Positions 10,193-19,201 are shown, counted from the stretch's first letter. The stretch: DNA of 64,000 nucleotides from Nitrospinales bacterium (GCA_965223795.1 CBDCXL010000002.1:352001-416000), one strand, 5' to 3'. Notes: a model not told the origin generated them from the sequence alone. Program-made: numbers and translations.

Positions 10193-11167
10193 TCAGCCGT
10201 TGAGCAGCCGGGCGGCGCTGCGGGCGGAATAGGTCAGGATCATCTGCGCTCCGGCACGCCGTATGCTCAACAACACTTCCATCATGGCCGCCTCGCCGTC
10301 CACCCACTTCTGCTTTGCGGCAGCCTGGATCATGGCGTATTCTCCGCTGACGTTGTACGCGGCGACGGGGACCTGAACTTCCTCCCGCACCCGGTGGATG
10401 ATGTCCAGGTAAGACAGGGCGGGCTTCACCATCACGATGTCGGCGCCTTCCTCGATGTCCTGCCGGACTTCGCGCAGGGCTTCGTCGCTGTTCGCCGGGT
10501 CCATCTGGTAGGAACGCCGGTCGCCGAACTGGGGCGAGGAGTCCGCCGCTTCGCGGAACGGGCCGTAAAAGGCGGAAGCGTACTTCGCCGCGTAGGACAT
10601 CAGGATCGTATCCTCATGCCCGGTTTCATCGAGAACACCGCGTATGGCCTGGACCCGGCCGTCCATCATATCCGAAGGCGCCACGATGTCGGCCCCGGCT
10701 TCCGCGTGGGTGAGCGCCATTTTGGACAACAATTCCAGTGTCGGGTCGTTGACGATGGTGTTGCCTTCCACCAGCCCGCAATGGCCGTGATCGGTGTATT
10801 CGTCGATGCACACGTCGGTGATGACGATCATGTCCGGCACCGCCGCCTTGATTTCGCGGATGGCCCGCTGCACGACGCCGTCGGGGTTGTAGGCTTCGGT
10901 CCCGCGCGCGTCTTTTTTGTCGGGAATCCCGAACAGGATCACGGCGGGAATGCCCAGGGCATGGGTTTCCCGGACTTCCTTGACGAGTGTGTCCGCGGAC
11001 CAGCGGTGCACTCCCGGCATGGAGGTGATCTCCTTCTTCACGCCGCTGCCTTCGCAGACGAAGTACGGATCGATCAGGTTGTCCGCGGACAGGGCGGTCT
11101 CGCGCACCATGCGGCGCACCGGCGCATGGGCTCGAAGCCTCCTGTATCTATGTAATGGAAACGGCAT
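10193..11167 (-). CDS. hemB: Porphobilinogen synthase
   Basis: DVCIDEYTDHGHCG, APSDMMDGRV, SAFYGPFREA, MVKPA, AYNVSGEY. Confidence 0.97.
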   Translation of the reverse strand: MPFPLHRYRRLRAHAPVRRMVRETALSADNLIDPYFVCEGSGVKKEITSMPGVHRWSADTLVKEVRETHALGIPAVILFGIPDKKDARGTEAYNPDGVVQRAIREIKAAVPDMIVITDVCIDEYTDHGHCGLVEGNTIVNDPTLELLSKMALTHAEAGADIVAPSDMMDGRVQAIRGVLDETGHEDTILMSYAAKYASAFYGPFREAADSSPQFGDRRSYQMDPANSDEALREVRQDIEEGADIVMVKPALSYLDIIHRVREEVQVPVAAYNVSGEYAMIQAAAKQKWVDGEAAMMEVLLSIRRAGAQMILTYSARSAARLLNG

Positions 11168-11547
11168 AGCAAGGAGAAGCGGGATGAAACGAAAGGAACG
11201 TGTCCCCTGAAAACGGAAAAACGACTATCCAATATTACTTGAGGTTTGTCAAGGGTAGCACGACTGTCTGCAACCATCAACAAGCGGAATGGAAGCGAAC
11301 CCGTTGCGGCTGTGCAACTTCATGATTTCTTGGGTAACGCCATACCGGATTTTTTTTCGCGCCTGCCCGTTCGCGGAATGCCGGTCCGGCGGTCGACTCT
11401 CCGTCCGGCTTGCGTTGAAATTTTGACGCTCTTTTTCACCGGCAGGGAAAAAATGACCGGTTTTTTTTGACTGGGCCTTCTCGGGCAAAATGGATCAAGC
11501 GGTTATGCCGAAACGGTTTTCCCGGTGACGGCTTCTTTTCGGAAAGC

Positions 11548-11563
11548 TGGCACAACTTTTGCT
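11548..11563 (+). promoter_or_regulatory. Sigma-54 (-24/-12) promoter
   Basis: TGGCACAACTTTTGCT matches TGGCAC-N5-TTGCW with exact GG/GC spacing, about 75 nt before the next CDS. Confidence 0.75.
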
Positions 11564-11636
11564 CCCCATAAGGATAATTGATTCATTTTCTGCTATTTAC
11601 AGCAAAGATTGCACACTTTCCGAGGAGACAGTGACC

Positions 11637-12044
11637 ATGGATTCCTTCGATTCCTATCTGGATAAAGCGTATGAAGAGCTCAATGAGGCCATCATGAAAG
11701 CCATCGTTTCATCGGAGGATGTCCGTGCGGTCCTGACCAATTTCAAAGAAAAGGACATGATCAGCAATCTTGCGGTGCTCAATCTCATCCTCAGCCTGGA
11801 AGAGTTGTCGGACCTGGTGTTCGGAAAAAATCAGAACAAGTACAAGTTCGAATCGGTGGAAGGCAACGAATCGGAACCCCGGCGCTTTGAAGCGACCCCG
11901 CCTTCTCAGGAACGACCCGAATCTTCTCCGCACCACATGGTCGATGGCAAGCGCCTGACCGAAAAGGAAATCCTGTTCGAACAGTTCTGTCAGGGCAACT
12001 TCGACATGGAAAAGTGGCTGAAGAAGGCCCGCATCAAACTCTGA
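11637..12044 (+). CDS. Hypothetical protein
   Basis: GAGGAG RBS, then MDSFDSYLDKAYEEL... Confidence 0.75.
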   Translation: MDSFDSYLDKAYEELNEAIMKAIVSSEDVRAVLTNFKEKDMISNLAVLNLILSLEELSDLVFGKNQNKYKFESVEGNESEPRRFEATPPSQERPESSPHHMVDGKRLTEKEILFEQFCQGNFDMEKWLKKARIKL

Positions 12045-12103
12045 CTCTTTCGCAGAGGGCGGGATTGCTCACGGGATGCAACACTCCTTGTGATTGGGAA
12101 CCC

Positions 12104-12127
12104 TGCTTCGACAGGCTCAGCATGACA
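12104..12127. repeat. Repeat family A, single unit
   Basis: TGCTTCGACAGGCTCAGCATGACA, identical to 29006-29029. Confidence 0.85.
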
Positions 12128-12186
12128 GTGCATCGGCTTGTGCAATGGCCTCCCGGTGGGAACGCACGGATGGGCGCTTCAGGAGG

Positions 12187-12369
12187 TCACTTGCGGTAGA
12201 TGTTGGCGTCGCAGGAGATGTACTTGATCTGCCTTAGGGGGATGACGAAGACGTCGTCGCCGGTGGTGATCTCAAACAGTTCGAGATCGTCGCTGAATCC
12301 GTGCTTTTCGGTGTTTTCCAGATTCAATTCCTCATTGTCCACAAACACCACCTTCAACCGGTACTGCAT
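12187..12369 (-). CDS. Small hypothetical protein
   Basis: 60 aa, AGGAG RBS, downstream of the radical SAM gene. Confidence 0.7.
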   Translation of the reverse strand: MQYRLKVVFVDNEELNLENTEKHGFSDDLELFEITTGDDVFVIPLRQIKYISCDANIYRK

Positions 12370-12390
12370 GCAACGCTCCTATCTCGTGTC

Positions 12391-13596
12391 TCAGTTGGGC
12401 TGGGGCATCGCCTCGAACCGCTTCGACAACGGCTCACCCAGATAATCTTCCACGTAGTTTTTCAGATAGCCTTTTTCGTACAGCTTTTTGTTGGACAGGT
12501 TCGAGTTCACCCGGTTCAGCACTTTGAACGTGCAGCGCGGAAACCGGGCCTTGAAATCGTCGAATGAATATCCTGCGATGTCTTTTTCCTCGCCGCGCAC
12601 CGCCCGCTCCATGACCACGCGGGGGATGTAGACCCGTCTCTGGTCGCTCATTCTGCGGGCGATGTCGCTGAAGGTCAGAAGCGTCGTGCAGTTGGAATCG
12701 CCGCCGAGGGTGGCGTTGGGCACGTAGAGAAAGCGTGCGCGGTTTCTGCGGAACAGGGTCAGGATCTTGTAGACGTTTCCCGCCATCACCACGGTGTCCT
12801 TTTTGTCCAGCTCGCAGGTGTCGAACACTTTGAGGATCTTCTTGCGGTTCAAAAATGCGGTGATGTCCGACTCGGTGTGGATCATGGTGATGTTGGGCAG
12901 GTTCATGTCGTAGATCCGGCGCGCTTCGTCGGGCAAAAACTTCTTGCCGTAACGCATGAGCGCGGTGGTGTCCGGGTCGATGTACTTGAGCGGCGTCAGG
13001 CATCCCATCCACAGCAGGCAGTTGGGATTGACGGCGGCGATCCTGCGGGCGTCCTCGGACATGGTGCGGGGACCGAGGGAATAGAAGTTGGCGGAGGTCA
13101 CCGCCGGACCGTCGAGGATTTTGAGCACCTGATCGACGGCCGGACCGTTGGGCATGAGCTGTTTTCGCGGTTCGGCCAGCGTGATGACGGACAGTTCGAA
13201 ATTGATCCTCCCCGGATGCCTCTCGGCCAGCTTGTTGATACGCACGGGATCGACGTAGCCCACCGTGAACATGGTGATTTTTTTATCGGTGGTGTCCAGG
13301 AACTCCTCGATCCAGTCGAGCGTTTTGGGGTGCAGCGGAATGTCCGTCCATTCCATGTACTCGTTGCCCCCGAGCACCCAGGATTCGTCCTCATGGGTGG
13401 GGTATTTTTTGATCTCTCCCAGGATGAACTCCCAGTCTTCCTGCGTCGTTCTGGGAACGTCCATCGTATTGCGGTAACTGTGATCCTTTTCGTAGCAGAA
13501 GGTGCACTTCACCGGGCAGGTTTTCCCCAGGCTGATGGGGATTTTCCGGTCGCGAATCTCGGTGCTCAGGATGTTCCTAAGGGTTTGCTTGTCCAA
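12391..13596 (-). CDS. Radical SAM protein with DUF512-like C-terminal region
   Basis: CPVKCTFC (CxxxCxxC). C-terminal NATLGGDSNCTTLLTFSDI resembles the DUF512 NxxFGGxxxxxGLLTxxD motif. Confidence 0.75.
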   Translation of the reverse strand: MDKQTLRNILSTEIRDRKIPISLGKTCPVKCTFCYEKDHSYRNTMDVPRTTQEDWEFILGEIKKYPTHEDESWVLGGNEYMEWTDIPLHPKTLDWIEEFLDTTDKKITMFTVGYVDPVRINKLAERHPGRINFELSVITLAEPRKQLMPNGPAVDQVLKILDGPAVTSANFYSLGPRTMSEDARRIAAVNPNCLLWMGCLTPLKYIDPDTTALMRYGKKFLPDEARRIYDMNLPNITMIHTESDITAFLNRKKILKVFDTCELDKKDTVVMAGNVYKILTLFRRNRARFLYVPNATLGGDSNCTTLLTFSDIARRMSDQRRVYIPRVVMERAVRGEEKDIAGYSFDDFKARFPRCTFKVLNRVNSNLSNKKLYEKGYLKNYVEDYLGEPLSKRFEAMPQPN

Positions 13597-13611
13597 GGTT
13601 CCGGCTCCGCT

Positions 13612-13938
13612 TTACCAGTCTTTGAAAATCGCGAGCAGCTGTTCATCGATAGGAACCTGGGCCTGCTGTTCGTCGTCGAGATTCTGGATCAGGTGGTTGA
13701 GGTGGACCGCGGCGCATCCCATATAGGCGATGCTTTCCTGCTGCTTCTTGAAGCCCCCGGCCTTGAGTTTTTTCTCAAGCTCGGTGAGGTGGGTCTCTTC
13801 GAACATGTGGATGGACGATGTCTTTTTGAAGGCCTCGATCGCTTCCTTGAATTCCTTTTTTTCGTGCAGGTCGATGCCCATCTTGAGAAACTGCTGCGCC
13901 TCTCGGACTTCCTCCACGGTCACTGGTTGCTGTTCCAT
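13612..13938 (-). CDS. Small helical (TPR-like) hypothetical protein
   Basis: GIDLHEKKEFKEAIEAFKK is a TPR-like helix pair. Confidence 0.7.
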   Translation of the reverse strand: MEQQPVTVEEVREAQQFLKMGIDLHEKKEFKEAIEAFKKTSSIHMFEETHLTELEKKLKAGGFKKQQESIAYMGCAAVHLNHLIQNLDDEQQAQVPIDEQLLAIFKDW

Positions 13939-14052
13939 TCGTACGTGCCCTTATGTCAACATGCCGCGGCACCACGTCCAATTGCGGACGCACTGAACCG
14001 GCGGCGCCTTAAATTTCTTGATTTTATTCAGGTTCCCGGGAAAATCAGGGAC

Positions 14053-14083
14053 ATTGTATCATCCTTCGAGGAAGGATTGTCAA
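14053..14083 (-). promoter_or_regulatory. Sigma-70-type promoter with 19-bp spacer and internal palindrome
   Basis: Minus strand reads TTGACA-ATCCTTCctcGAAGGATga-TACAAT (also an extended -10, TGnTACAAT). Confidence 0.5.
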
Positions 14084-14231
14084 GGAAGCAATTTGGCGCG
14101 GACGGACGGCGGACGATCCGGGCTGGCGGAGCAACGGCTCCGGCCCGAAAGCTAGCCTGAAAAGGCGAAAATCGCAGAAAGGGAATCGTCCGCCTCCTTC
14201 AGGAGGCGGGAGTCCTGGGGATCGATTCGGA

Positions 14232-14360
14232 TTACTCTTTTTTCTCTTCGATATTATCCGGCTTCACCTGTTTGCCGTGAGGGAATTTCTGTTCCAGGCA
14301 GCCCGAGGTGGCCACCATAACGCAAAACATCATTGCCAGGAAAAGTGCTGCCTTTCTCAT
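14232..14360 (-). CDS. 42-aa putative lipoprotein
   Basis: Manual translation MRKAALFLAMMFCVMVATSGCLEQKFPHGKQVKPDNIEEKKE has a basic N-terminus, hydrophobic core and TSG-C lipobox. AAGGAG RBS. Confidence 0.7.
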   Translation of the reverse strand: MRKAALFLAMMFCVMVATSGCLEQKFPHGKQVKPDNIEEKKE

Positions 14361-14539
14361 CCCTTCTCTCCTTTAAAATAGAATGCGGGCCGGGCGAGCG
14401 GCCGCTCTCCCCGTAACCCTTGTTTTTTAAAAAGATTATTATCAACATTTATCTCAAAATTCAATGAATTTTTCATTTTTTTTCCTTACAATCGGCTCAC
14501 GGCGGTCAAAGGGATCGCCCCTGATTCCAGTCTGTTACG

Positions 14540-15346
14540 ATGTCGTTGCCCGCTGATCTCAACCCCGAAGCCATCACCGGCGGCCTGAACGCGCTCCGCA
14601 TCGGAAAACCGGTTCGCGTGTGTGAAACGGTCGCTTCGACGAACGACGCCGTCCGCGACGGTTTCGACGCAGGCGATACCGAGGGCCTGGTGGTGATCGC
14701 CGATGCCCAGTCTTCCGGGCGCGGGCGTCTGGGCCGCTCCTGGCTGTCCACGCGCGGGGTGGGCGTCTACCTTTCTCTGCTGCTCACGCCGGGCATCGAC
14801 AAGGAACACCTGCCGCAGCTCACGCTGATGGCGGGGGTGGCGGTGGCCGAAGCGCTGCGGGACAGCGGCGCGCCCTCCCCGCTTCTGAAATGGCCGAACG
14901 ACGTGCTGTGCGGAGGCAAAAAGCTGTGCGGGATTCTCTGTGAATACCACCAATGCAAAAACGGCGGCGAGGGCGTGATCCTGGGAATCGGCGTCAACGT
15001 CAATCACGCGCCGGAGGATTTCACCCACGATCTGCGATCCACGGCGACCTCGCTGCTCATCGAAACCGGCCGGCGCCACGACCGCGGGCGGGTGATCCGC
15101 ACCCTGCTTGCACGCCTGGATCAGGAATACGACGACTACCTGATGGGACGGCAGCCGGGGCTGGCGGAAAAATGGTCCCGCCATACGGATCTGTTCGGCA
15201 AATCCATCACGCTGACCCAGGGTGGCCGCGTCACCGAGGGCACAGCGGTGCGCCTCGATCCTTCCGGCAGGCTGGTGGTGCGCACGCTGGACGGTAAAGA
15301 GACGGCTTTCGATTCCGGAGAGGTCACGCTGACGCCGCCGGCCTGA
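14540..15346 (+). CDS. birA: Biotin-protein ligase (no N-terminal HTH)
   Basis: STN, QSSGRGRLGRSW, LKWPNDV, KKLCGIL, LGIGVNV. Confidence 0.95.
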   Translation: MSLPADLNPEAITGGLNALRIGKPVRVCETVASTNDAVRDGFDAGDTEGLVVIADAQSSGRGRLGRSWLSTRGVGVYLSLLLTPGIDKEHLPQLTLMAGVAVAEALRDSGAPSPLLKWPNDVLCGGKKLCGILCEYHQCKNGGEGVILGIGVNVNHAPEDFTHDLRSTATSLLIETGRRHDRGRVIRTLLARLDQEYDDYLMGRQPGLAEKWSRHTDLFGKSITLTQGGRVTEGTAVRLDPSGRLVVRTLDGKETAFDSGEVTLTPPA

Positions 15347-15393
15347 CGCAGTCATTGCGCGGGTCAAACAAATGAGAAAAATGAACCGGCAAA

Positions 15394-15494
15394 TGTCACC
15401 CTGAGCTTGTCGAAGGGTGATGAATCATGCTTCGACAGGCCTGCCCTGAGCTGTCATCCTGAGCTTGTTGAAGGACGAAGGGCTCAGCATGACA
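15394..15494. repeat. Repeat family A, inverted pair with doubly nested insertion
   Basis: TGTCACCCTGAGCTTGTCGAAGGGTGA ... TCATGCTTCGACAGG[CCTGCCCTGAGC{TGTCATCCTGAGCTTGTTGAAGGAC}GAAGGG]CTCAGCATGACA. Confidence 0.9.
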
Positions 15495-15551
15495 GATAAA
15501 GTCTGATGCGTAGACCCCTGCTGACTGAGAGCGCGTGTGTACAGCGCGGTG

Positions 15552-16058
15552 TCAAAACCTGCCGAACACACCGATGCCCAGGTGGATCTGCGGGTTGGAG
15601 CGCTGGTAGCCTTCCGGCCACAGATGGTATTCGCGCAGCTTGAGGCGGGGATACTCGTAGGTGATCTGGTCGAGCGAGCGGGTTTCGCTGCCGCTGACGC
15701 GGCCCGCGACGGTGATCCTGCGGCCCTTGGCGAACACGCTCTCTTCGAGGATCTGGTCGCTCTGCACCAGAAACCGGCCTTCGGTCTGATCGTTCAGCTG
15801 CGGTTCGAGGCGGTAGTCCAGCGGCCGCTGCAGCACGATCATCCAGCTTCCCGAGGCGTCGTTGCCCACGTCCACGATGGTGCCGCCGAGCACGACGGAT
15901 TTTTCCAGATAATTGTCCGTGTTGGTCTTCAAGTCCGTGAACACGACTTTGGTTTCGCTATCCTCCAGCACCTGCTTGGAGAGCACCGAAGCGCAGCCCG
16001 CAAGCAAAGCCAGCGCCACAATCGAAAACCATTTCAGCAAGGGAGCGTGCCTGTTCAT
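15552..16058 (-). CDS. Slp-family outer membrane lipoprotein
   Basis: LAGC lipobox, VLGGTIV, LQRPLD, EGRFL, GRRITVAG, YEYP. Confidence 0.88.
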   Translation of the reverse strand: MNRHAPLLKWFSIVALALLAGCASVLSKQVLEDSETKVVFTDLKTNTDNYLEKSVVLGGTIVDVGNDASGSWMIVLQRPLDYRLEPQLNDQTEGRFLVQSDQILEESVFAKGRRITVAGRVSGSETRSLDQITYEYPRLKLREYHLWPEGYQRSNPQIHLGIGVFGRF

Positions 16059-16066
16059 GTCTGTCC

Positions 16067-16630
16067 TCACCAGTAAAAGGGGTGGCCCCAAAACGGGTGC
16101 CGGTGAAACGGATGATAATAAAACGGCGGGTAAAAGGGATCGTAATAATAAGGCGGATACTGGTACTCTTCCTCAAGATGCAGTTCGTCCGCCTCGATCA
16201 CGGGATACGTGTAATCCGCTTCGCCCAGTTTGCCTGTCTGCCCGCCGGCGATCCGGCCCGCGCCGATGACTTTGCGTCCCTTGGCGAACACCTCGCCTTC
16301 GAGGTAGCCCGGCTTGACGAACAGAAAACGGCCCAGGGTGGCGTCGCCGCCTTCGATGGTGCCGAATGAATCCACCGGTTTCTGCACCACCTCGATCTCG
16401 GACTTGTCGGGCAGATTGCGCGTCTCGACGATCTCTCCGCCCAGAATCACCCGCTTGCCGGACTGGCTTTCCGGGTTCTCAAACAGCTGGGGCAGGCTGA
16501 TCGTGGGATCGACGCTGTCGCGCGCCTGCTTGGACAGCGGATGGACGCAGCCCGCCAGCAGCAGGGCCCAAACAACCCACCACCGGGTCCCGCAGCTCAG
16601 GATACTCCTTCCTGGGGCAACACGAATCAT
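16067..16630 (-). CDS. Slp-family outer membrane lipoprotein (paralog)
   Basis: LAGC lipobox, VILGGEIV, GRFL, YTYPVI, Tyr/Pro/His-rich tail. Start uncertain. Confidence 0.85.
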   Translation of the reverse strand: MIRVAPGRSILSCGTRWWVVWALLLAGCVHPLSKQARDSVDPTISLPQLFENPESQSGKRVILGGEIVETRNLPDKSEIEVVQKPVDSFGTIEGGDATLGRFLFVKPGYLEGEVFAKGRKVIGAGRIAGGQTGKLGEADYTYPVIEADELHLEEEYQYPPYYYDPFYPPFYYHPFHRHPFWGHPFYW

Positions 16631-16827
16631 GATTTTTGATCGGAACAGTGAATATAGCAACCGTGTTTTCAAAGTACCATTTTTTCCGATTGCATCCAAT
16701 TTTTTACACAATATCATGCTCAACTGCCCGGTACGCCCGCCCGCGAACCGATTAGCACCCCCGTTTTCAGCGATTTGAACTACGCATCCCGGTTGCGGTT
16801 TCCTGCTCACACGCTGGCAACGGCTGC

Positions 16828-16856
16828 TTGAACCCCGGCGGAAATGAATATAAACT
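16828..16856 (+). promoter_or_regulatory. Putative sigma-70 promoter of the DnaJ-like gene
   Basis: TTGAAC-N17-TAAACT, 50 nt before the ATG. Confidence 0.45.
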
Positions 16857-16906
16857 GATGATTATCAATCCTTAACCCCCGGGCTCCCTTCCGGCGCCTC
16901 CCGGTC

Positions 16907-17845
16907 ATGGCCGCGACGAAAAACTACTACAAAATCCTCGGCGTTGAAAAAAACGCCACCGCCGCCGAGATCAAAAAGCGCTACCGCGAACTCGCGAAAA
17001 AGCACCATCCCGACGCCAACAACGGCAGCAAAAAAGCCGAGAACAATTTCAAGATCCTGTCGGCGGCCTACGATGTCCTGAGCGATGAAAAAAAGCGGCG
17101 CGAGTACGACCGGCAGCGGGCCCGGCGGCCGCGGCCCTCGCGTTCCGGTCCGGGAGCCACGGGATGGGCCGATCCGGGAGCGGGCTTCAATTCCGGGTTC
17201 GGCGCGGAGCAGGAGCAAGGCTGGCAGACGCGTCAGGATTTCGGCGGCGGCGCGGCTGAGCAGGAGGAACCGGTCTACGATCCGGAGATGCCGACGCGCG
17301 GCTTCGACCTGCAGTTTCTCATCGACCTGCCGATCGAAACGGTGGCACTGGGCGGCACGGTGCCCTACAGCTATGAGAAGTACGTGCGCTGCGACGACTG
17401 CGAGGGCACGGGCCGCAGCAACGGGGCGGAGTGCGGCGTCTGCCGCGGCAAACGGCTGGTGGTGGAACCGGCGACGGTTACGGTCACCATCCCGCCGGGC
17501 GTGGCCGACCAGTACACGATCCGCATTCCCGACGCGGGCGGCGAAGGCAAAAACGGCGGCCCTCCGGGGGACCTGATGCTCAAGGTCAACACCTTGAAGC
17601 ACCCGCATTTCAAGCGGGTGAAGCAGGATATCCACACGCTGGTGGAAATTTCACGGGAGCTGGCCGAGAACGGCGGCCCGCTGGAGGTGGACACGCTGGA
17701 CGGGAAGCAGACCATCGAAGTGGAGGACGGCACGCTGACGGGCGAGGAGATGCGGATACCGGGCGGCGGCGCGGCGATCCTGTGGGGCAAAAAACGCGGC
17801 GACCTGGTGATCAAATTCAAAATCGTGGACGCAGAGACCGTATGA
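16907..17845 (+). CDS. DnaJ-class co-chaperone (J domain, reduced Zn finger, C-terminal domain)
   Basis: NYYKILGV...HHPD, two CxxCxGx motifs, GPPGDL. Confidence 0.9.
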   Translation: MAATKNYYKILGVEKNATAAEIKKRYRELAKKHHPDANNGSKKAENNFKILSAAYDVLSDEKKRREYDRQRARRPRPSRSGPGATGWADPGAGFNSGFGAEQEQGWQTRQDFGGGAAEQEEPVYDPEMPTRGFDLQFLIDLPIETVALGGTVPYSYEKYVRCDDCEGTGRSNGAECGVCRGKRLVVEPATVTVTIPPGVADQYTIRIPDAGGEGKNGGPPGDLMLKVNTLKHPHFKRVKQDIHTLVEISRELAENGGPLEVDTLDGKQTIEVEDGTLTGEEMRIPGGGAAILWGKKRGDLVIKFKIVDAETV

Positions 17846-18090
17846 AGCCGATCTATCTTTCCATTCTGTTTTTCACGCTGGCGGCGATCCTGATGCTGCT
17901 GGTGTTTCTCAACCGTCCGCGCGCCCGCGCAAAACCCGGGCCGCGTCCCAGGCAGCCTACCAAAGCCCTGCCGGCAAAACCTTCACGCGAGTCGAACGAA
18001 CGCCGCGAGCAGATCATCGCGTGGATCAAACAGGATCCTGAAAAGGTGAGCCAGGCGGTGCGTCAGTGGATGCGGCAGGAAAAACCCTGA
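17842..18090 (+). CDS. 82-aa single-TM protein ending in a FliF-C-terminus-like helix
   Basis: ATGA overlap with the upstream stop. [23 protein letters not shown]...[16 protein letters not shown]. Confidence 0.65.
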   Translation: MKPIYLSILFFTLAAILMLLVFLNRPRARAKPGPRPRQPTKALPAKPSRESNERREQIIAWIKQDPEKVSQAVRQWMRQEKP

Positions 18091-18113
18091 ACAGATAAAA
18101 AAGGAAATCGGGA

Positions 18114-18896
18114 TCAGCCGCCCTTGGCCTTGCGCGCCCGAACCTCGGCGGCGTGCGCCTTGGCGCGTTTCAGCATGGCGGCTTTTTCTTCCGGAGTGCG
18201 GTCTTTCTTGGGAATCGGTTTGGGCGTGCTGCCGCTGGCGGCGGTTTTGGCCGGTTTGGGCGCCGCGGGTTTGGCCTCGGCCGCTCCGGCTTCGGCTTTT
18301 TCGGCAGGAGCCGATTCCGCGGCGGCGACGGGTTCGGGTTCCTTGCCGACAGGCGGAGGCGGCGCCTCCCCTTCCTTGCGCACCAGCCGCATGGAGGACC
18401 AGACGTCGGTGGTCGGGTACGCGGTGTCGATGCCGATTTTCAGGTCGAAACGGATGATCTTATCGTCGCTGCACTCGGTGATCCAGGTGCTGGCGGCGCT
18501 GCCCGCATCGAAGATGGGATCGATGGGATACAGGGTGCCGTTCTTGTCCATGCACTGCTTGGACTTGTCGACCAGCGTCGCCGCTTCCTTCTTGTTCGGA
18601 ATGCGCCAGTTGTCGTAACCCGCGAACTTTTCCTTGTTGACCTTGTCGACGTATTCCCGGTGCATGGCCCAGGTGTAGAACTTTTTGGTGTCGAGCCAGG
18701 CGTCGGTCTTTTTCCACATCAGACCGGTGTTGGGATCGGTGACCGTGCCGTCGCCGTTGTCCACCAGAGGCTCTTTGGGCTTCTCCTCTTTCTTGGCGGC
18801 CTTGGCTTTCGCCTTCACACCGGCTTTGGCGGACGCGGCCTTGGGAGCGGGCGTTGCGGGTTTGCTTTCTTCAGGAGTCGGTTGCGCTTCTGCCAT
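18114..18896 (-). CDS. DUF1566 (Lcl C-terminal) domain protein
   Basis: DNGDGTVTDPNTGLMW...GYDNWRIPNKKE, with Ala/Pro/Lys-rich flanks. Confidence 0.85.
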   Translation of the reverse strand: MAEAQPTPEESKPATPAPKAASAKAGVKAKAKAAKKEEKPKEPLVDNGDGTVTDPNTGLMWKKTDAWLDTKKFYTWAMHREYVDKVNKEKFAGYDNWRIPNKKEAATLVDKSKQCMDKNGTLYPIDPIFDAGSAASTWITECSDDKIIRFDLKIGIDTAYPTTDVWSSMRLVRKEGEAPPPPVGKEPEPVAAAESAPAEKAEAGAAEAKPAAPKPAKTAASGSTPKPIPKKDRTPEEKAAMLKRAKAHAAEVRARKAKGG

Positions 18897-18919
18897 TCTG
18901 TTTCCAGGCCCCCTAGACT

Positions 18920-19201
18920 TTACCGGGAAGGTTTGGACTGTGGCGTCCAGGAGGATCCTTCAAGCAACTGGTTCAAGTCTTTTCCGGTCTGGTTCAGCTG
19001 ACTCAGAATCTCCCCCAGCTCGGAGGTGGAAAACGAGTCCAGCCGGTCCATGAAAATCCGCCGGTAATCGGCGGCGTTTTTGCGGATCCATTCGACCACG
19101 CCGCTTTCGCCACCGTTCTCTTCCGACTGTTTTTTCCCCAGAAGATTGGTCTGGGACACCCGGATGATTTCGCAGATCAAATCGTCTTTGAGTCGGCTCA
19201 T
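18920..19201 (-). CDS. Hypothetical protein
   Basis: GAGG RBS, then MSRLKDDLICEIIR... Confidence 0.7.
   Translation of the reverse strand: MSRLKDDLICEIIRVSQTNLLGKKQSEENGGESGVVEWIRKNAADYRRIFMDRLDSFSTSELGEILSQLNQTGKDLNQLLEGSSWTPQSKPSR

Noticed and set aside
16752..16778. CIRCE-like TTAGCACCC upstream of the DnaJ-like gene
   Set aside because: The right half-site GAGTGCTAA is absent
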